The notes under the pieces are model-generated. The model ran no database searches, had not been told where the DNA came from, and worked only from the letters and a program-made list of their open reading frames with translations. A stretch of DNA of 64,000 nt from a virus, in the IMG/VR virus record IMGVR_UViG_3300042475_001686, positions 32,001 to 96,000 of that record. One strand, given 5' to 3'. A program made the translations under genes and the position numbers. This document shows, piece by piece, positions 16,266 through 25,659 of this stretch; the stretch's first letter is position 1, and the number at the start of each line of letters is the position of its first letter.

Positions 16266-16308
16266 CGAGTTTGATATAATGGAATAACTACTAGTAGAAG
16301 GAAATGTA

Positions 16309-18393
16309 ATGTCAGAAGCAAAGTGCCCATTTACGGGTAACAGTTTAAATAATGAAGGAACATATAATAAAGATTGGTGGCCAAACCAATTAGACTTGTC
16401 TCCTTTAAGAAAGAATTCATCTAAGTCAGATCCAATGGGAGAAGACTTTGATTATGCTGAAGAGTTTAATAGTTTAGATCTTGATGCAGTCAAGAAGGAT
16501 ATTGATACACTTCTAACTACCTCGCAAGATTGGTGGCCTGCTGATTACGGCAACTATGGACCACTATTCATTCGCATGGCATGGCATAGCGCAGGAACAT
16601 ATAGAACAACTGATGGTCGTGGTGGTGCTGGAGAAGGTCTACATAGATTTGCCCCACAAAACTCATGGCCAGATAATGGTAATTTAGATAAGGCTCGTAG
16701 ACTTTTATGGCCTATCAAACAAAAATATGGAAAGAAGATTTCATGGGCAGACCTCATGATTCTTGCTGGTAATGTTGCTCTTGAAAACATGGGCTTTAAA
16801 ACTTTCGGTTTTGGTGGAGGTCGTGTAGATGTTTGGGAAGCAGACGATACATATTGGGGTAGCGAAAAGGAATGGCTTGCAGACAACCGTTATAGCGGTG
16901 ATCGTGAGTTAGAGAATCCTCTTGCTGCTGTACAAATGGGTTTGATTTATGTCAACCCTGAAGGACCAAACGGTAATCCAGATCCATTGTTATCTGCACG
17001 AGATATCCGTGAGACATTCGCAAGAATGGCAATGAATGATGAAGAGACCGTTGCTCTTATTGCTGGTGGACATGCATTCGGTAAAGCACATGGTGCTGGA
17101 GATCCCAAGAATGTTGGACCAGAACCAGAAGGCGCATCTATTGAAGAGCAGGGCCTTGGCTGGAAGAATTCATTTGGTAAGGGTAATGCAGAAGATACCA
17201 TTACAAGTGGTATTGAAGGTGCATGGACTCCTACACCAACTAAGTGGGATAACTCCTACTTAAAGATTCTATTTAAGTATGATTGGAAGCAGGTAAAGTC
17301 TCCTGCTGGTGCGACACAATGGATTCCTACAGATGAATCTGCTGTTAATTTAGTACCAGATGCACATGTTGAAGGAAAGTTTCATGCTCCAGTGATGACA
17401 ACAGCAGATTTGGCTCTCAAGTTTGATCCAGAATACGAAAAGATTTCAAGAAGATTCTTAGAAGACTTTGACTATTTCTCAGATCAATTTGCTCGTGCTT
17501 GGTTTAAACTAACACACAGAGATATGGGTCCTGTTGCTCGTTATCTTGGCAAAGAAGTTCCTACAGAAGAACTAATTTGGCAAGATCCAGTACCAAGCAA
17601 TGTTAATATGAATATTGATGTAGAGTCTATCAAGAAGGCTATTAAGTCTTCTGGTATACCACTATATTATTTCGTATATACTGCGTGGTCTTCTGCATCT
17701 ACTTTCCGTAAAACAGATAAGCGTGGTGGAGCAAATGGTGCACGTATTCGCTTGGAACCTCAAATAAGTTGGGACTCCAACAATAAAGAAGTTATCTCCA
17801 CTGTAATTAATTATTTAGAAACATTGCAGAAGGAATACTCAGCATCATTAGCAGACTTAATTGTTCTTGCTGGATGCGCTGCTATCGAAAAGGTATCTGA
17901 AGAAAAGGTTGTAGTACCATTTACACCTGGAAGAACAGATGCAACACAAGAACAAACAGATGTGGAATCATTTAGTGTTCTTGAACCGATTGCAGATGGC
18001 TTTAAGAATTATTTAAAAGATGGAGTTATAACTCCTTCAGAAGTTCTTTTAGTTGAAAAGGCAAATATGCTAAACCTAACACCAGTAGAGATGGTTGTTC
18101 TATTGAGTGGAATGAGAACATTAATGACAAACAGACTAAGCAATGGTTATTTGATCAGTTTGTTATCTGGACAAATTACCTGGAAACAAACATCTATCAA
18201 TAATTTTGAAGGATATGTTGGTGGTGATCTTATAGGTAACGCAAGTCGTGTTGATCTTATTTTCGGATCTAATTCAGAACTTCGTGCTATTGCAGAAGTC
18301 TATGCTTCTGACGATGCAGAACAAAAGTTTATGGATGATTTTGCTCAGGCATGGAATAAGGTAATGATGCTTGATAGATTTGATGTAAGATAG
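16309..18393 (+). CDS. katG: Catalase-peroxidase
   Basis: [48 protein letters not shown]; own extended -10 (16272-16280) and AGAAGGA SD. Confidence 0.97.
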   Translation: MSEAKCPFTGNSLNNEGTYNKDWWPNQLDLSPLRKNSSKSDPMGEDFDYAEEFNSLDLDAVKKDIDTLLTTSQDWWPADYGNYGPLFIRMAWHSAGTYRTTDGRGGAGEGLHRFAPQNSWPDNGNLDKARRLLWPIKQKYGKKISWADLMILAGNVALENMGFKTFGFGGGRVDVWEADDTYWGSEKEWLADNRYSGDRELENPLAAVQMGLIYVNPEGPNGNPDPLLSARDIRETFARMAMNDEETVALIAGGHAFGKAHGAGDPKNVGPEPEGASIEEQGLGWKNSFGKGNAEDTITSGIEGAWTPTPTKWDNSYLKILFKYDWKQVKSPAGATQWIPTDESAVNLVPDAHVEGKFHAPVMTTADLALKFDPEYEKISRRFLEDFDYFSDQFARAWFKLTHRDMGPVARYLGKEVPTEELIWQDPVPSNVNMNIDVESIKKAIKSSGIPLYYFVYTAWSSASTFRKTDKRGGANGARIRLEPQISWDSNNKEVISTVINYLETLQKEYSASLADLIVLAGCAAIEKVSEEKVVVPFTPGRTDATQEQTDVESFSVLEPIADGFKNYLKDGVITPSEVLLVEKANMLNLTPVEMVVLLSGMRTLMTNRLSNGYLISLLSGQITWKQTSINNFEGYVGGDLIGNASRVDLIFGSNSELRAIAEVYASDDAEQKFMDDFAQAWNKVMMLDRFDVR

Positions 18394-18401
18394 TAGGGGT
18401 T

Positions 18402-18473
18402 GCCTCCTTAACTCAGGGGTAGAGTACCCGCCTTGTAAGCGGGTTGTCGTAGGTTCAAATCCTACAGGAGGCT
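18402..18473 (+). tRNA. tRNA-Thr (TGT)
   Basis: GCCTCCT/AGGAGGC acceptor, CTTGTAA loop, TTCAAAT. Confidence 0.9.
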
Positions 18474-18489
18474 CTGATATAATTTGGTT

Positions 18490-18645
18490 ATGGATTTAGA
18501 AAAAGAAATTAAAGATATATTATTTAATATTGGTAAAGAAATTCAGATCCATAAATTAGTTGATGGTAATCTTATTATAGAAATAGATTATGATAAGTAT
18601 ACTATTGAAATGATGGAACTAATGAAAAAGTATTTATCTAATTAG
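18490..18645 (+). CDS. Small hypothetical protein (leaderless, 51 aa)
   Basis: TGATATAAT, then ATG 6 nt later. Confidence 0.55.
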   Translation: MDLEKEIKDILFNIGKEIQIHKLVDGNLIIEIDYDKYTIEMMELMKKYLSN

Positions 18646-18784
18646 ACTTATTCTTTTTGCTGTACTCGCCATATTTACCAAGTACTGCTTTGACTGTTCC
18701 ATCTTTTCTTAGACGAACAATATTTCCATCTTTAATTTGTATTGGATTAAATTTATCGCTTCTTTTATACTTGCCAGAAGACAT
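18638..18784 (-). CDS. Small basic hypothetical protein (48 aa)
   Basis: MSSGKYKRSDKFNPIQIKDGNIVRLRKDG...; overlaps the end of the upstream - strand gene. Confidence 0.5.
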   Translation of the reverse strand: MSSGKYKRSDKFNPIQIKDGNIVRLRKDGTVKAVLGKYGEYSKKNKSN

Positions 18785-19913
18785 TGCCACTACCACGCTT
18801 TCTATTACTTTGTTTTTGAATAGGATTAAGTATATCTGAAAATACTTTTTTATCTTTTTCAGAGTTTACTATTCTCCTTGACCAAGAATAGCCAGCATCC
18901 CCACCCCATGCTAACCACATAATGTACCCATTAGAAGGATTAGATTGATTTGCCCAATCTTTACCCTTTTTATCTACCTCGTGACGAGAAAAATAAGAAT
19001 ACATTCTTTTAACTGTGCTTAGTGATAATGTTTCTCCTCGTGCTAATTGACCTGCACGAGTCCAACCTACTGATGTACCTGCACCTTTTGCTTTACCTTG
19101 TTCTTTAAATCTAATTGCTTTACGTGCTGCTGCACGAGCACCTGCTGGCGGAGAATATCCCTCAGCCTTCGATACCGAATCTGTTTCATAAACAACAGTA
19201 TCATCATCTTCCCAAAGATCATCAGCCTTTTCAGCAGGAACACAGTTAGGAACTGGTCTTCCATTTGCTCCTGGTTTCATACCACGCTGTACATAGCCAT
19301 CCCAACATGGTGCCTGTTTGTTTACATTTGCACAACAATCTGATTTCATTTCACCAGATTGACATTGTGGGCATTGATCACATGTTACATCTAATTCTTT
19401 GCACATAGGGCAACCGCAGCCTTCGTATGCTTTTTTAACATCATCTTCTTCATCGTCTTCTTCATCATCATTTGAAGAGTTGCCAGAAATTGACTTATCC
19501 ATTTCATCATCTGACATCGTATCTGGCAGAATCATTACATCTGCTGCTTTTGCACCAACGAAGTATTCCGTCTCTTCTAATTCGCCCTCTTCCATTTCAA
19601 ACAGTTGAATTAAAATAGCAGGCTCTTCTGCACTTGCTTCAAGAGCATATTCAGATCCTGGAGTTCCAAGCATTCCCTCTGTCATAACGTGAACAACACG
19701 ACCAACATACATTTCTTCTTCATGTGGAGCCATAACCATATCGCCTTCTTTAACCATTGCCTTGCCTATATTGCCCTCAGAACGGTTTATAGCGTAAATC
19801 TGTGCTGCAGCCTCAGAACGAGTCTTATGGCAGCCCATAACCTCTCCTGTGTCCTTTAAAGCGGGGTATCCAGAACAACCATTGGACCCTTTAGCACCTA
19901 TACGATATGGCAT
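18765..19913 (-). CDS. Modular phage protein, putative head-associated
   Basis: Short modules typical of phage head proteins (GCH.T...A..Q; PCWDGY..GMK..VPNCVP; RAGQLA.GE.LS..TVKRM.SYFSRH..WGGD). Confidence 0.6.
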   Translation of the reverse strand: MPYRIGAKGSNGCSGYPALKDTGEVMGCHKTRSEAAAQIYAINRSEGNIGKAMVKEGDMVMAPHEEEMYVGRVVHVMTEGMLGTPGSEYALEASAEEPAILIQLFEMEEGELEETEYFVGAKAADVMILPDTMSDDEMDKSISGNSSNDDEEDDEEDDVKKAYEGCGCPMCKELDVTCDQCPQCQSGEMKSDCCANVNKQAPCWDGYVQRGMKPGANGRPVPNCVPAEKADDLWEDDDTVVYETDSVSKAEGYSPPAGARAAARKAIRFKEQGKAKGAGTSVGWTRAGQLARGETLSLSTVKRMYSYFSRHEVDKKGKDWANQSNPSNGYIMWLAWGGDAGYSWSRRIVNSEKDKKVFSDILNPIQKQSNRKRGSGNVFWQV

Positions 19914-19951
19914 AATAAATAGTATACCATATTTTATGGTAAAATTAAGGC

Positions 19952-20131
19952 ATGAATCAACAACTAACTTCAGAACAGCAAGCAGAGATTATCGCCAATC
20001 AGATAATTCAGGCTACAAAAAATAGTATTATTAATAGACTACAGCCAGCATTTAACAAACTTGCTGAAGGTCATCATCATTTTGATCAGGCTCTTGCTGA
20101 CGCTATCATTACTGACATTAAAAACGCATAA
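19952..20131 (+). CDS. Small hypothetical protein (leaderless, 59 aa)
   Basis: TGGTAAAAT, then ATG 6 nt later. Confidence 0.55.
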   Translation: MNQQLTSEQQAEIIANQIIQATKNSIINRLQPAFNKLAEGHHHFDQALADAIITDIKNA

Positions 20132-20136
20132 TAAAA

Positions 20137-20163
20137 GAGCAGTTTCTCCACATGCTCAGGTGG
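20137..20163 (-). ncRNA. H-type pseudoknot motif, copy 6
   Basis: Minus strand CCAC-C-TGAGCA-T-GTGG-AGAAAC-TGCTC, 3' of the Hsp20 gene. Confidence 0.75.
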
Positions 20164-20184
20164 TCAGTATGACAATACTGTTAC

Positions 20185-20604
20185 TTACTTGATTTTGATA
20201 GTTTTTGGTTTCTTTTCTTCTGGGATGTTTCTTTCCACAAAGACGCTAAGAATACCGTCTGCCATTTCAGCACGATCAACCTCCATATACTCTCCAAGAG
20301 CAAAGGTGCGTGTGAATTTTCTGGTTGCGATACCCTTATGAAGTACCTCAGAAGAGGACTCTTCGGTTTTCTCACCCTTGATAATTAGACTTCCATTATC
20401 CACAGAAACCTCTACCTCACTCTTGCTAAATCCAGCAAGGGCTAAAGATAGTTTGTAAGTGTCCTCATCAAGTTTAACCACATCATATGGTGGGTAGGAT
20501 TGACGAGTTGCCTCACGATGGATATTTGAAAGACGGTCCAACTCTCTGTTGAAACCGATAAAAAAAGGATCTTTGAAAAGATCCAATGACCATGTACTTA
20601 CCAT
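20185..20604 (-). CDS. Small heat-shock protein (Hsp20/IbpA family)
   Basis: YPPYDVV, LALAGF, LHKGIATRKFTRTF, DGIL, IPEEKKPKTI; AAGGAGG SD. Confidence 0.95.
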   Translation of the reverse strand: MVSTWSLDLFKDPFFIGFNRELDRLSNIHREATRQSYPPYDVVKLDEDTYKLSLALAGFSKSEVEVSVDNGSLIIKGEKTEESSSEVLHKGIATRKFTRTFALGEYMEVDRAEMADGILSVFVERNIPEEKKPKTIKIK

Positions 20605-20669
20605 TTTTTCCTCCTTGTTAAGCGAGTCATTTTAAGTACCCCCCTTTGGGCAGGTACCTTTATATTATA

Positions 20670-21737
20670 TCACAAACTTTCAGGGTAATTAATTTTCTTT
20701 TTTGCTTCATCAAGAGATTTTTGATCTGGTGCACCCCAATATCCAAAATATTTTCCTGTTATCATTTTATTAAAAAATAAATGTGCATTATTGTTTAAAT
20801 AGTTTATATAACAATTATCTCTTTGCGAAGTAACCCTTGCAACTCTCCAATCATCTTGATCTAAAAAGATGTCTGTATTTTTAAAATTATTATCGATTTG
20901 CTCTATTTTAAATTTATTTAATGTTGAAATTAAAGGGGCCTTTGGACTAAATATTTTATATCCTCTTGATAATAATCTAATAGAATAATTTGACTGGTCT
21001 CCATTAAAGGGGTCAAGTGCGTCGTGTAAAATTTCTCTGATTATATTTGCTTTTGAAAATACAAAAGAAGCATGAACACAATTAGTTTCTTCATAATCTT
21101 TTTCCCCACGACCCCCATGTTTTCCATAAACTATTGGAAAGTCTACATAGGCATCGATAGTTATGTCTCCTTGCTTTCCATTATAAACAATTTCTGGAAT
21201 AGTTAAATCTTTTGTATTTATAAGTGGATAAGACTCTTCTAAATTATATGGATCAATTTTTACAAAAGTATTTTTTATAAAATCTGGCATAAGAATTTCT
21301 TCAATGTTATTTGGGTTATAGGTCCAAGAAATAGGGCATATTGAAGATAAAACGAGTTTGTCTTCATCAATTTGATTTTCATCTTTAATTTTATTAAAAA
21401 CTGAAATAATTTTTTCATCCCAGTCTTTAGTAAATATTGTATGAGCATCTATTTGAAACATGTAATCAAAACTATAAAATTGTAATAAAGAGGCATTTGC
21501 TCTACCAAAACCTACACCTAAAGGAATTGGACTAAGTATTTCTGTATAAAATATTTGATCATTTTTAGTCATAAACTCATCATCAAGCAAAGAATTTTTT
21601 TTGTCAAGTATATTATTAAATACTCCAAAATATATTTCGGATGGATTTTTTGCTGCCGATAATGCACTCTGTATTGTTTGTTTTATAAATTTTTCTTCAC
21701 ATGCAGCAATTGGTATAAATATAGATTTTGTATTCAT
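20670..21737 (-). CDS. Glycosyltransferase, GT60-like (Skp1-hydroxyproline GlcNAc-transferase family)
   Basis: IFIPIAA..E, TI.SA..A..P..I.FGV, GVGFGRA, MFQIDAHTIFTKDWD, F.GDQ..YSIRL..RGY. Confidence 0.7.
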   Translation of the reverse strand: MNTKSIFIPIAACEEKFIKQTIQSALSAAKNPSEIYFGVFNNILDKKNSLLDDEFMTKNDQIFYTEILSPIPLGVGFGRANASLLQFYSFDYMFQIDAHTIFTKDWDEKIISVFNKIKDENQIDEDKLVLSSICPISWTYNPNNIEEILMPDFIKNTFVKIDPYNLEESYPLINTKDLTIPEIVYNGKQGDITIDAYVDFPIVYGKHGGRGEKDYEETNCVHASFVFSKANIIREILHDALDPFNGDQSNYSIRLLSRGYKIFSPKAPLISTLNKFKIEQIDNNFKNTDIFLDQDDWRVARVTSQRDNCYINYLNNNAHLFFNKMITGKYFGYWGAPDQKSLDEAKKKINYPESL

Positions 21738-21755
21738 ATAATTTTATTATAGCAT

Positions 21756-21789
21756 AAAAAATGGAGATGCTAAATTAATAACACCTCCA
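21756..21789 (-). terminator. Intrinsic terminator-like hairpin
   Basis: TGGAG(A)TG..CACCTCCA next to an A tract. Confidence 0.5.
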
Positions 21790-21813
21790 AATTTTATTTA
21801 TATTCTATCTAAA

Positions 21814-22089
21814 TTAATTAGACTTCTTTGCTGGTGCTTTCTTTTTTGAAGCAACCTTCTTTTCTAATTTCTTAAGTTCTGTATCAACTACAGTTGCTAC
21901 CAAACCAAATGTTGGATCCTTCTTGTCGATTGCTCTAATTGCTGGTCCTGCTACTGCAATTAAACCTGCCAACAAAAGACCTTCTACTCCAAGATCTGAA
22001 CCTGGTGCTGTGTATGCTGCACCAACTGCTACGACATACGATCTAGCATAAGACTTTAGAATATCTTTATGTTTCTTTGTTAGTTTCAT
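21814..22089 (-). CDS. Holin-like small membrane protein
   Basis: Two hydrophobic helices, highly basic C-terminus, AGGAGG SD. Confidence 0.5.
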   Translation of the reverse strand: MKLTKKHKDILKSYARSYVVAVGAAYTAPGSDLGVEGLLLAGLIAVAGPAIRAIDKKDPTFGLVATVVDTELKKLEKKVASKKKAPAKKSN

Positions 22090-22098
22090 TTTTTCCTC

Positions 22099-22257
22099 CT
22101 AGGATATGAATCTACTTATGGCATCGTAACCGAGCCATAAACCAATTATACCAGCAACTCCAGCAAACACTGGTGGGGCTGGAACTGGTAGTTTGAATGC
22201 TGCAAAAACCACACCACAGCCAAAGCCTGTAAGTATTGAAAATATAATCTCTTTCAT
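22099..22257 (-). CDS. XapX/DUF1427-like membrane protein (52 aa)
   Basis: MKEIIFSILTGFGCGVVFAAFKLPVPAPPVFAGVAGIIGLWLG; not in the ORF track. Confidence 0.75.
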   Translation of the reverse strand: MKEIIFSILTGFGCGVVFAAFKLPVPAPPVFAGVAGIIGLWLGYDAISRFIS

Positions 22258-22445
22258 AATTCATTCTCCTTTATTTTATCTAATGGTGTTGGTAATGTTA
22301 TTAATGTGCCACATTCCCTACAACTACCGTCTAAAAAATATAGCCCTATTTCGTAGTCTGTGGGGTCAAACTGAACAACTGCATTAAAATATACGCAACC
22401 ACATTCTGGACATTTGCATGTAGGTATACCTCTTGCATTAATCAT
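22254..22445 (-). CDS. Small zinc-ribbon protein
   Basis: CPECG...CRECG. Confidence 0.65.
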   Translation of the reverse strand: MINARGIPTCKCPECGCVYFNAVVQFDPTDYEIGLYFLDGSCRECGTLITLPTPLDKIKENEL

Positions 22446-22821
22446 TTGGTACGTCCTTCGGATATATTTCCTGTAATTTGTCAAATGCTTTTCTAAATCT
22501 ATGAATAGACAGATCACTTGGATTTTCTAAATCATACTCAATCTCTGCTTTGTACTCTAATAATGCAATATGAACATCTTCAATATATTTATATGCGATA
22601 TCACGAGTCTCATTTAAAAATGCAAGTAAATGTTCTTTTTCTATAGACTCATTATTATTGTTAAATCTTGCACTAACATATTCTATATCTCTAATTGACT
22701 GATCTATTGCAACAATAAGTTGTGTATTAAGATTTTTTAATCTTATAATCATTACTGATAAAGAAACTACAATTATGAATACTACTAAAAAAATAATAAA
22801 CTCAAGCATTTCGATCCTCAT
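22438..22821 (-). CDS. Membrane-anchored coiled-coil protein
   Basis: N-terminal TM helix. Confidence 0.65.
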   Translation of the reverse strand: MRIEMLEFIIFLVVFIIVVSLSVMIIRLKNLNTQLIVAIDQSIRDIEYVSARFNNNNESIEKEHLLAFLNETRDIAYKYIEDVHIALLEYKAEIEYDLENPSDLSIHRFRKAFDKLQEIYPKDVPND

Positions 22822-23287
22822 GAGTTACCCAGTAATACTTACATGTAGAGCAGCATGGCTGATTATATAAACTATGCTTGGCATAACTAAACTTAGAATA
22901 GTACATGGGGTCTTTATCAAATAGACTTGCTTTATGTGTAGTAACTACACGCATTAATTTATTATTGTCAGTCCAGAACGACGGTCTATTATTTCCCCAC
23001 TGATTCCAGCACTGATCTTTAAGTCTATTAAGATTAGCCTCGTTATTTTCTGTTTTGATGCCACGATACTTTGCTTCTATAATCATAGCCTGTACATATG
23101 TCCATAGACCACGCTCATAACCTTTCCACATAAGAACAGCAGGATGATTACGCCAGCCACCAGTAGGAGACTTGCCAGACAGTACGTTAAGTATCTGATA
23201 ACATTCAAGTATCTGTTTATTAAGACGTTTGCTATCAAGCATACGGGCAGCCGTTACTGGGTTAGCAGATGGTAAAAATGTTTGCAT
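22802..23287 (-). CDS. Pyrimidine-dimer glycosylase-like protein (MSMEG_6728/DenV-like)
   Basis: MQTFLP..LD.KRL.KQ.LE..QIL..GGW.NHPAV.MW.GYE. Confidence 0.8.
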   Translation of the reverse strand: MQTFLPSANPVTAARMLDSKRLNKQILECYQILNVLSGKSPTGGWRNHPAVLMWKGYERGLWTYVQAMIIEAKYRGIKTENNEANLNRLKDQCWNQWGNNRPSFWTDNNKLMRVVTTHKASLFDKDPMYYSKFSYAKHSLYNQPCCSTCKYYWVTHEDRNA

Positions 23288-23295
23288 TATTCTCC

Positions 23296-23580
23296 TTATA
23301 GCCAATACTTTAGTATAGCAGTTAAAGCAAGAATTGTCCAGAGGATGTTGAACCAAATAATTGTGGGCAATGTCTTGACAGTTGATGACCAGATTAATGC
23401 TAAACTAGTTATTAAAGCAATTATATAAAGCCACCAAATCTGTGTATTGAATAAAAGCCCTGGAATAATAATTGCTGCCTTGGTCATAAATGCAAAGAAC
23501 TCAACAGTATTAGGTTTATTCCAATACTCTTTATGCCCCATAGTTTTTAAAGCGTTTATCCATTCTGTTTTAAAGTTCAT
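23296..23580 (-). CDS. Small integral membrane protein
   Basis: Three hydrophobic segments. Confidence 0.65.
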   Translation of the reverse strand: MNFKTEWINALKTMGHKEYWNKPNTVEFFAFMTKAAIIIPGLLFNTQIWWLYIIALITSLALIWSSTVKTLPTIIWFNILWTILALTAILKYWL

Positions 23581-25121
23581 TTTAGTGAGTCCAAAAACTT
23601 TCTATGATCAGTACACTCTGAAACCTTATAGTTCTGATAATTAACAAAATAGTCATACATCTCTAATCCAGCCTTATAATCTTTTGATAGTTCTAAGTAA
23701 TTTTTTGCTATGCTCTTGTTTATTGTATTTTGTTCCGCTCCAATTTGGAACCAACTAGCACTAGCCCATGCTTTCCCTACATCAGACTTTGCTGGCAATC
23801 TATGTTGCCATACATTAATTTTTTCTTTAAGTCTTGCTGGAGCATTTTCATAAGAAAATTTTTCCCAGAACTTAGTATCTTTTCTTAAAGTCATATAATG
23901 AAAATAAATAAAGTCAGATATGTCATCGTTCATCTCTAACATAGTTTTATTGAATTCATCTCTTCTTGCCTGGGAGTTATCAAAAAGCCATGCTGGATTA
24001 TTAAAAATGTTTGTAAGTTCTGTAACACTTACCCAGATAGAAGTTGCTTCCAAAGGCTCAATAAAGTTAGCAGCAAGACCTACTGCGATGCAGTTATTTA
24101 TCCATAACTCCTCATAAGATCCAGCACTAAACCTAAATCCACCCTTATCTTTTCTTGGATACTTTGGCTCATATCCTAAAAATTCTTCTATTTCTTTTAC
24201 TGCTTCTTCTTCTGATATTAAAGAAGAGTCATATACATACCCGCATCCAAATCTATCCTGTAATGGAATCTTCCATATCCAACCATATTTCATTGCTATT
24301 GCCTCTGTGTACGGTGGTATATCTTCTGTCATTTCAATAAAAAATGGAACAGCAGAGTCTTCTGGCAAAAAGTCTTTATAACTTTTCCATTTTGCATTAA
24401 AGACTTTTCCTATAATTAATCTATGAAAACCACTACAATCAAAAATAAAATCACAATAAATCTTTTCATTATTTTCTAATGTTAAACTTTCTACATTATT
24501 ATTTTCATCTAAAGATACATTAATAATTGTTCCTTCAATAAGTTTAATTCCACGAATCAGTCCTATTTCTTTTAACTTATTTGCAAGTTTAACGGCATTA
24601 AAGTGAATTGATATAGCACCTATCTGATTATATTTGTTAATGCCTTCTTTTTCTTGGGAAAATCCAAATGACTGTTTTGTATCTTTAAGAATAAAAGGAA
24701 CCTTATTATTTTCTGAAACTTTTTCCATAAAATTGATTTCTTTAAGACTATCATTTTTTGATAATCCTGCTACCATAAAAGAACTAGTAGATAGATATGG
24801 TTCAGATGCTGGCTCAAAACCTAAAGACCTATCAGACAAAGCAAATGCATGATAAAAAAATTCATTATCATTATTCCAATTAGTAAATTTAATTCCATTT
24901 TTGATAGTTGCATCACAGTGTAAAATTAATTCTGATAATGGAATTTCTAAATGATTTAAAAAATCTGTTAAGAATGGTGTAGATCCCTCTCCAGCACCTA
25001 AAATTCCTATATCGTTTGATTCTATAACTGTTACTTCTAAGTCTGGGTATGATCTTTTGGCTTTGAGTGCTGTTAACCAGCCAGCAGTGCCTCCACCTAC
25101 TACAACTACCTTTTTAATCAT
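23577..25121 (-). CDS. Flavin-dependent halogenase (tryptophan halogenase family)
   Basis: VVGGGTAGW, GAGEGS, ATIKNGI (catalytic Lys position), FDCSGF, WIWKIP, FIEPLEATSI. Confidence 0.9.
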   Translation of the reverse strand: MIKKVVVVGGGTAGWLTALKAKRSYPDLEVTVIESNDIGILGAGEGSTPFLTDFLNHLEIPLSELILHCDATIKNGIKFTNWNNDNEFFYHAFALSDRSLGFEPASEPYLSTSSFMVAGLSKNDSLKEINFMEKVSENNKVPFILKDTKQSFGFSQEKEGINKYNQIGAISIHFNAVKLANKLKEIGLIRGIKLIEGTIINVSLDENNNVESLTLENNEKIYCDFIFDCSGFHRLIIGKVFNAKWKSYKDFLPEDSAVPFFIEMTEDIPPYTEAIAMKYGWIWKIPLQDRFGCGYVYDSSLISEEEAVKEIEEFLGYEPKYPRKDKGGFRFSAGSYEELWINNCIAVGLAANFIEPLEATSIWVSVTELTNIFNNPAWLFDNSQARRDEFNKTMLEMNDDISDFIYFHYMTLRKDTKFWEKFSYENAPARLKEKINVWQHRLPAKSDVGKAWASASWFQIGAEQNTINKSIAKNYLELSKDYKAGLEMYDYFVNYQNYKVSECTDHRKFLDSLK

Positions 25122-25363
25122 TGTTCCTTGCCACCTTCACGAACTAATAAAACTATTGCCCCATTGTCTTCCAAGGCCTTCTTAACCCTTACCATATATT
25201 CTACAGCACGTCTTTTGTCTTCGTCTGGAAGACGCATAAAAAGATCTTCCTTAGCCTTTACGGTAATAAAATGTTCATTATCTATCAACTCTAAATGAAA
25301 TCCTTTAGGAGCAAAATTGTCAAGAGATCTAAAGGCTCTACGCATAACATCTGTATACATCAA
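25118..25363 (-). CDS. Hypothetical protein
   Basis: ORF overlapping its neighbours by 4 nt. Confidence 0.7.
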   Translation of the reverse strand: MMYTDVMRRAFRSLDNFAPKGFHLELIDNEHFITVKAKEDLFMRLPDEDKRRAVEYMVRVKKALEDNGAIVLLVREGGKEQ

Positions 25364-25659
25364 AGCATTTCCTCTGGTTGCTTTCTAGCAGTAGTAATAA
25401 TTGCTTTTGTGCCTTCCCATCTTACACGACCCCTGCAACCGACATTATACTTTGTGTCTCCTTCATATTGTGAAGAAACAGCATAGGCATACCCATGCAA
25501 CTCAAAATCACTGGCCAAAGTTTGATTGCCATTTATAAATATTCTCCACACCATAGGATCTTCTGGACCAGCCTTTGTGTTAAATCTTAAAATAATATCA
25601 TCATAAGGCCTAAGCCATCTATCCTTAACTATGGCCCAAATATAATTTATTTTGTTCAT
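25360..25659 (-). CDS. Hypothetical protein
   Basis: ORF overlapping its neighbours by 4 nt. Confidence 0.65.
   Translation of the reverse strand: MNKINYIWAIVKDRWLRPYDDIILRFNTKAGPEDPMVWRIFINGNQTLASDFELHGYAYAVSSQYEGDTKYNVGCRGRVRWEGTKAIITTARKQPEEML

Noticed and set aside
16080-16274. 64-aa ORF in the ORF track
   Set aside because: Overlaps tRNA-Asp and tRNA-Glu
2236-20163. Pseudoknot as a preQ1-I riboswitch or hammerhead ribozyme
   Set aside because: Lies 3' of genes rather than in leaders, and lacks the preQ1 loop consensus and the CUGAnGA/GAAA hammerhead core; cannot be fully excluded without a covariance-model search
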